Positions 58,487-64,000 of a stretch of DNA of 64,000 nt are shown here, in pieces; position 1 is the stretch's first letter, and every line of letters begins with the position of its first letter. Where the stretch lies: NCBI RefSeq assembly GCF_009914755.1, contig NC_060927.1; one strand, written 5' to 3'. The translations under genes were made by a program, and so were the position numbers. The stretch is from the human T2T-CHM13v2.0 reference genome, Homo sapiens. The notes below the pieces were generated by a model. That model had not been told where the DNA came from and did no database searches. It worked only from the letters and a program-made list of their open reading frames with translations.

Positions 58487-58944
58487 GTAAGTATTTTCAT
58501 CTTCATTTAACATATATTTGTTCAAGTGTGTGATCTCTTGAAGCACAGGACCTCATCTTTTTTTTATCTTCATTTCCCCATCTCCTTGTACGTGGTAGGC
58601 ACTTGCACAAAGCTTTTAGAATTAAATGCATCATTCTGTCCTTTAAGGGATTTATAATCTAAACTAACAAGACAAACATAAACACTATACAAAATGGGAT
58701 GGAAATGCCATGCAGGCAAGTGCTATGGCACCTCAGAAAATCTAGCCATCCCTTCTGTTCCAAGAGGGTGGAGAAGATAAGCAGAAAGGCTTCCTAGACA
58801 AGGCAGCACATCCAACACATCAAAATGAAAGGGGTTAGTAAGTGCTGCTCACTAGTGTGTAGGACAAATAAAGTAAATTATTAGGACAGAAGTGGAAGGC
58901 CAGGAATGTTGTGTCGAAAAAGTGGTACCAAATTAGTGGATGTT

Positions 58945-59155
58945 GACTGTGCTGCTCAATATGGAACCTAGTAGCCAGAAGTAGCTACTTACATTTAAAT
59001 TAATTATGATTAAGTAGAATGAAAAATTAAGTCCCTCGGTTGTATTAGCCACATTTCAGGTGTTCAATAGCCATATATAGCCAGTGGCTACTGAATTGGA
59101 GAGCACAAATATACAACATCTCCATCATCATGGAAGGTTTTTTAGATAGCCCTGA
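58945..59155. mobile_element. MER3-like DNA transposon
   Basis: GTGCTGCTCAATA...TAGCCACATTTCAGGTGTTCAATAGCCA...CCAGTGGCTACTGAATTGGAGAGC. Confidence 0.75.
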
Positions 59156-60669
59156 TATGGAGTGTCAGAAGTTTATGCTGGATGGCAGCTGAAGGGCCAT
59201 GTTGTCCTGCTGCTTCTTTGTTTAATTGTAGAAAGAAGCAAGGAAGCAAGGGAGAACCCCCCTGTCAGTGTTTGCTCAGGGAAGGCAGGGCAGGAGTGAC
59301 AGGATAGGAGCAGCATTTTGGAAATTAATTATTTTATAGAATAACTGGATGTTGGGAACAGGATATGGTGTAGAAAGCTTTTGTGATAGTCTAGAAAAAT
59401 GGGGATATGGCCTAAAATTAGGGCAGCGGCAGGAGAGGAAAAGAAGTGAGCCAGGTTACAAGAAAAGCTGAGTGTGCATTCTCAGTGATGAATTGGAAGT
59501 GGGTGGAAGACAATGATGTGGAAGGTGAAGCTCCATATGAAGTCAAGATTTCAGTTTTCAGTGGCAGGAAGGAGGTGGTCTTGGGCCAGGCAAATGTACT
59601 GATTAGACAATGGGTTTGAAATGCCACAGGGGCATCCCAGCAGAAAACTTCAGATGGCAAAGAGAATAGAAGGAGGAAAGGGAAGAAGGACTGCAACTCA
59701 AAGTTGGAGCTACATTTGGGAGTAGAAAGAAAAGAGAGCAAGAGATCTTAGAAAAGGCTTTCATCTTGGAGAAGCCGGGGAGAGAAGAGTCTGAGACGCC
59801 AAGGAGAGACACAGTGTTTGGGGAAAATTCTGCAATTGTATTATACATTCAAATAGCTGCCCATGGAGTCTGGGATGAGCAGGGAAACAGGACATAGCAT
59901 GCTGACTCCTTTCACTCACATCTCCATGACAAAAGGTTTCTCAGCTGTGGCTGGAGAAAGAAAGTCATGTTTTCATTCATGCAAGAAGGTGAAAGAGGTG
60001 ACTGAAGATGCCAGGAAGTTTGTTTATTATCAGGAGCCCTAAATGGTATAGACTAGGGAAATAGGCCTGGGCAGGAGCAGAGTGCTTCCTGGAGAGAGAT
60101 AGGCCTGAAATTAGTCATTTCTGCCAATTTTCGTAGTGTCTAATCTGATTTCTAGTTTTAACTTGTGGTGTGACTTCCAGCATGTCATATCCGTAGCTCC
60201 TTTTTTTTTTTCTCTATTAGATTACTTCTAACGCCTTTTGAATATGTGCACGCTGCCATACAGTTTAGGCAGCCAAATGTTATCCCAATTTTGCAGATAT
60301 GGAAGTTGAGGACTGCCTAAGATTAGATAGCTAATCAGTGGCAGAAAGGGGGTTGAAAACCACTCCCCTATACCTTCCAGCCACTCTGGGGTAAACATTT
60401 AGCTTTACAATTATTTTAAATTGCATCCTATACTTCCTTGTATTTTATCTTCCCTAAACATTTAAACCTCATATATTCTTCCACAACTTTAAATCACAGA
60501 TGATGCTAATCTATAGAAAAATATAATCTAGCATTAATGTGTTTCAAAATATTTCAAAAAGGCACAGCACTTAAGGAGGCTTGATTCAAATTTACTTTCT
60601 TCCATTTGGGGTTATATGACATTAAGCAAGTTGCTTAATTTCCCTGGGTCTCAATTTCTTCATCTTTTA

Positions 60670-61000
<331 letters not shown>

Positions 61001-61203
61001 TGAAAATAATGATACATATCTAAATCATACTGCCTAGCACACCGCTAATGCTCAACCAAAATCTTTCCTTCTCTACTTATTAAGTCATTGTGGGCGTATG
61101 GGAAATTTAATTGAATCAGAAGCCATCATGGTGCTGTACAAGTGCTTCATACCTATTGAATGTGAATCTGAACAGGCGATAAAATTGATTTCAATCTCTG
61201 TAG

Positions 61204-61307
61204 CATGACACTACTGTGAGTGGCCTACAGATGGCGCTAGATGTTTACAACGGACTCCTTCCTCCCTATGCTTCTTGCCACTTGACGGAATTGTACTTTG
61301 AGAAGGG
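61204..61307 (+). CDS. ACP3: ACP3 exon 9, HD catalytic motif; gene continues beyond the window
   Basis: CTGTAG|[34 protein letters not shown]+GG|GTAAGT; 104 nt, ends phase 2. Confidence 0.98.
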
Positions 61308-63529
61308 GTAAGTGACTAAGTGCTTTTCAAAATCAGTATCACTGGACCTTGGGTTTCATTATTATTATTTTGGGTTAAGGGTTGTGTGCCTGTTTGTCTT
61401 TGATTTGGTTTTATATTCAGAGGGAAGAATGGTGGTAACAAGATCTTTGCTAGTCATGTCTCTTTTTTCTTTTTCATGAAGACTTTTACTGGAAAATAAT
61501 ATACACAGTAGATGAAAAAATTGGGAAATAGCCTATGTAACAGAAATTACATTTTTAAAAAAATTAAGGTATTCTAAGAAGTAGGCATGTATTGTATATA
61601 TACTTGGCAAGAGAAAAATTTCTTGATGGTTATATAATAATATTTTTTCAATTAAAGAATTCAAACATATTCATTCAGCTTCTGATGATTCATATCCACA
61701 AGTCAAGATTCTTAAAGTACAATTTCTAACTGGTGTCTACCTCTGTGTGACCTGGTGTGGCCCTCCCCAGATGACCACAGCTTAGCTTGAACCCATTAGA
61801 AGGGTCAAAGTTAGCGTAGCCAAATGTCCCAGTTCACCAGAATTGACCCACAAAATCTGGTGTTCTCAGAACATGTGAATTTCATTGTTAAAACCAGAAA
61901 TGTCCTGGAAAAACTGGGGAAGAATTGATTATCACACCAAGGTCATACCAAAAATATTTATCTGCTGTGACAACGACATTCTCATTGGGAGGAGAAGAAG
62001 GAGGTATTTGGAACAAGTCACCAGACTTCATGGGATATTATTAGTGAAATAAGAGCAACGAAAGGGCTGAGTTAAGGCAGTGACCCCAGAGTTTGTTTTG
62101 GGATTAGTCAGGGAGATCTATTTTGCCCTTCCCTCAAGGCATTCACAATAGCTGCATACCAACCTGACTGTGCAGTTACATGGGGACCTGGCTCAAAAGA
62201 GCCCATGCTTGTTTTAATGATCTGCTGTGGCCATCTTTAAATTGTAATAATGTTTAAACAATGGGCCCTGTATTTCATCTTGCAAATTTTGTAGTCTTGG
62301 ATGTAGCTTTCTGGCCCCTGAATTTGTAGAGTAAGAAAGTAACAGCACAGAGACTTCATTCTCAACCAATATCTTCACTGCTTACAAAGAAGTGAGTTCT
62401 GCACAGTTAGGGACAGGTAGATACATTCTTTATTGAACCTCTAACTGAGTGTCAGGCACAATGAACTAGAACTAAAATGTGGTCTTAGTTAACCTTGCTC
62501 TCAAATATCTAGAGTCAGCATGGAGAGGTAAGACCCACAAAATGGAGACTGGCCAAATAGAACAGAAAATGGGAATGAAACGACTAGAGACATAAAACCC
62601 TGTCTTAATAACAAGCCCGGCACAAGTCTGCCCATCAGAAGGCCAGCTCTGGGCACAGAGTTAATAAATCCAACCAAATTCCAGGATCAGCTTCAGGAGC
62701 AGGCACCATCTCCTTTGGGATAAGACAAGAGAAGCTACTGACTCTACTCGTATCTCCCTGTTCTCTGGTTTCTGGACCCCAGTGGTCCAGAGCTTGCTTT
62801 CTCGGTGCACAGAAGCATTTTCTCCCACTGAATTGCCTTGTTTTACGACCCTGAGTTAAATCTATATTACAAATCAAGTGTGGAGTATTTTTTCAACTGA
62901 AAGGCAGTGACATACAGAAAAAATTAACCAAGGGCCACGTAAAGGTCAAGTCCAATTTGTTGTTATATTAGGATTTTTTTTATTGGCACTCCAGGGAAAT
63001 ATCAAAGGTGAAACGTGATTGCTTTTAAATTAGGATCAAGGAGGCTTCAAGTTAACGAATTCTGTCTAAGCCTGCTTATTAGGTGATCCTGACTGTGAAG
63101 TGATCTCACATTTTCTTATGAGAAGATATGGAGAGAGACAGAAAGAGAGAATATTTTAGATTTTCAACCATCTTAAATACGTAAACTTTTCAGGTTGTAG
63201 AAAAGGTAGCTAAAAATATTCTTAAAAGATTTAATTTTGGGTTAGATACAGAGATTTAAAATCATAGACTATATAAAATAATTCATTAAGTTAATATTGC
63301 TTTGTTTCACTTTTACATTTTATAAAATGATTTTATCTAAACTCTTTGTACGCATCTTTGGCTTGTGTCTTCACCACTAAAGCCAATTTTGAGTCTTTTA
63401 AAATTGTTTCCCAGATATATTCACTAATAAAAGATAATTTTGTCTTCTATATAGATGAACCTCAGATTTTTGAAGTCTTAACCCAATGAAAATTAATTTC
63501 ACACTTATCTAACAGTACAATGCAGGTGT

Positions 63530-63830
63530 ACATTAATAGATGTGATTCACACGTGGTGATTCAGGCACCCAGGGTTCCCTCTTTGGACCTACGGTTTCAA
63601 GAGTGCTGTGCTCACTTGCAGGCAGCTTGTAGAAAGGAATGAAAGGGTGGAGGCAGCAACCCGCTTATCAACCACGTCAGCCTTTTAAAGGGGACACATA
63701 TCATTTCTGCTCACTTTCTACTGGCTAAATTAGTGACTTGGTCCTACCTAGGTACAACGTAGTCTTGGCAATGTGGTCACTTCTGAGCCATAATTCAATT
63801 CTATGGAAAGAGAATAACAGAGTTTGATGG
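63530..63830. mobile_element. Degenerate MLT1-like LTR fragment
   Basis: GTGATTCAGGCACCCAGG...ACACATATCATTTCTGCTCAC...CTGGCTAAATTAGTGAC. Confidence 0.45.
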
Positions 63831-63955
63831 AGTATTGGTCATCTAGGCCATATCATCTTAAGACAGAAGATGCTGTTACTGAAAAAGTTATTCCAAGATA
63901 TAAGTACCCATTGATAATACATATTAGGGAGGTTTTTGTAAGTTTTATAGACATC

Positions 63956-64000
63956 TTATTTTATTTTATCTTATTTTATTTTATTTTATCTTATTTTATT
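63956..64000. repeat. (TTTTA)n / TTTTATC repeat, probably the tail of a minus-strand retroelement beyond the window
   Basis: TTATTTTATTTTATC units running to the window edge. Confidence 0.8.

Noticed and set aside
61861-61873. TGTTCTCAGAACA as an androgen response element
   Set aside because: Half-sites are everted with a 1-nt spacer, not the AGAACAnnnTGTTCT arrangement

Overview
Human (or very close great-ape) genomic DNA. The right 60% holds the + strand promoter and coding exons 1-9 of ACP3/ACPP (prostatic acid phosphatase). The spliced frame reads MRAAPLLLARAASLSLGFLFLLFFWLDRSVLAKELKFVTL|VFRHGDRSP...|[10 protein letters not shown]..., and the last exon(s) lie beyond the window. About 7 kb upstream of the ATG is a 15.4 kb nested structure: a full-length LTR2/Harlequin (HERV-E-related, tRNA-Glu PBS) provirus at 3423-18857 (+, TSD GTAT) sits inside an old L2, and a second full-length provirus of the same family (4521-12126, -, TSD CCAT/CTAT) is inserted head-on into its gag matrix region. 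The result is a multi-kilobase inverted repeat with four LTRs and convergent promoters, and the inner element's 3' poly(A) signal is mutated. This is the strongest candidate for an undescribed system (a dsRNA source, rearrangement substrate or alternative ACP3 promoter), but function is inference only. The remainder is ordinary Alu/MIR/L2/L1M/MaLR/MER sequence plus a few templated-insertion scars. Repeat subfamily names come from recalled consensus sequences, not a RepeatMasker run, and boundaries of old repeats are approximate.
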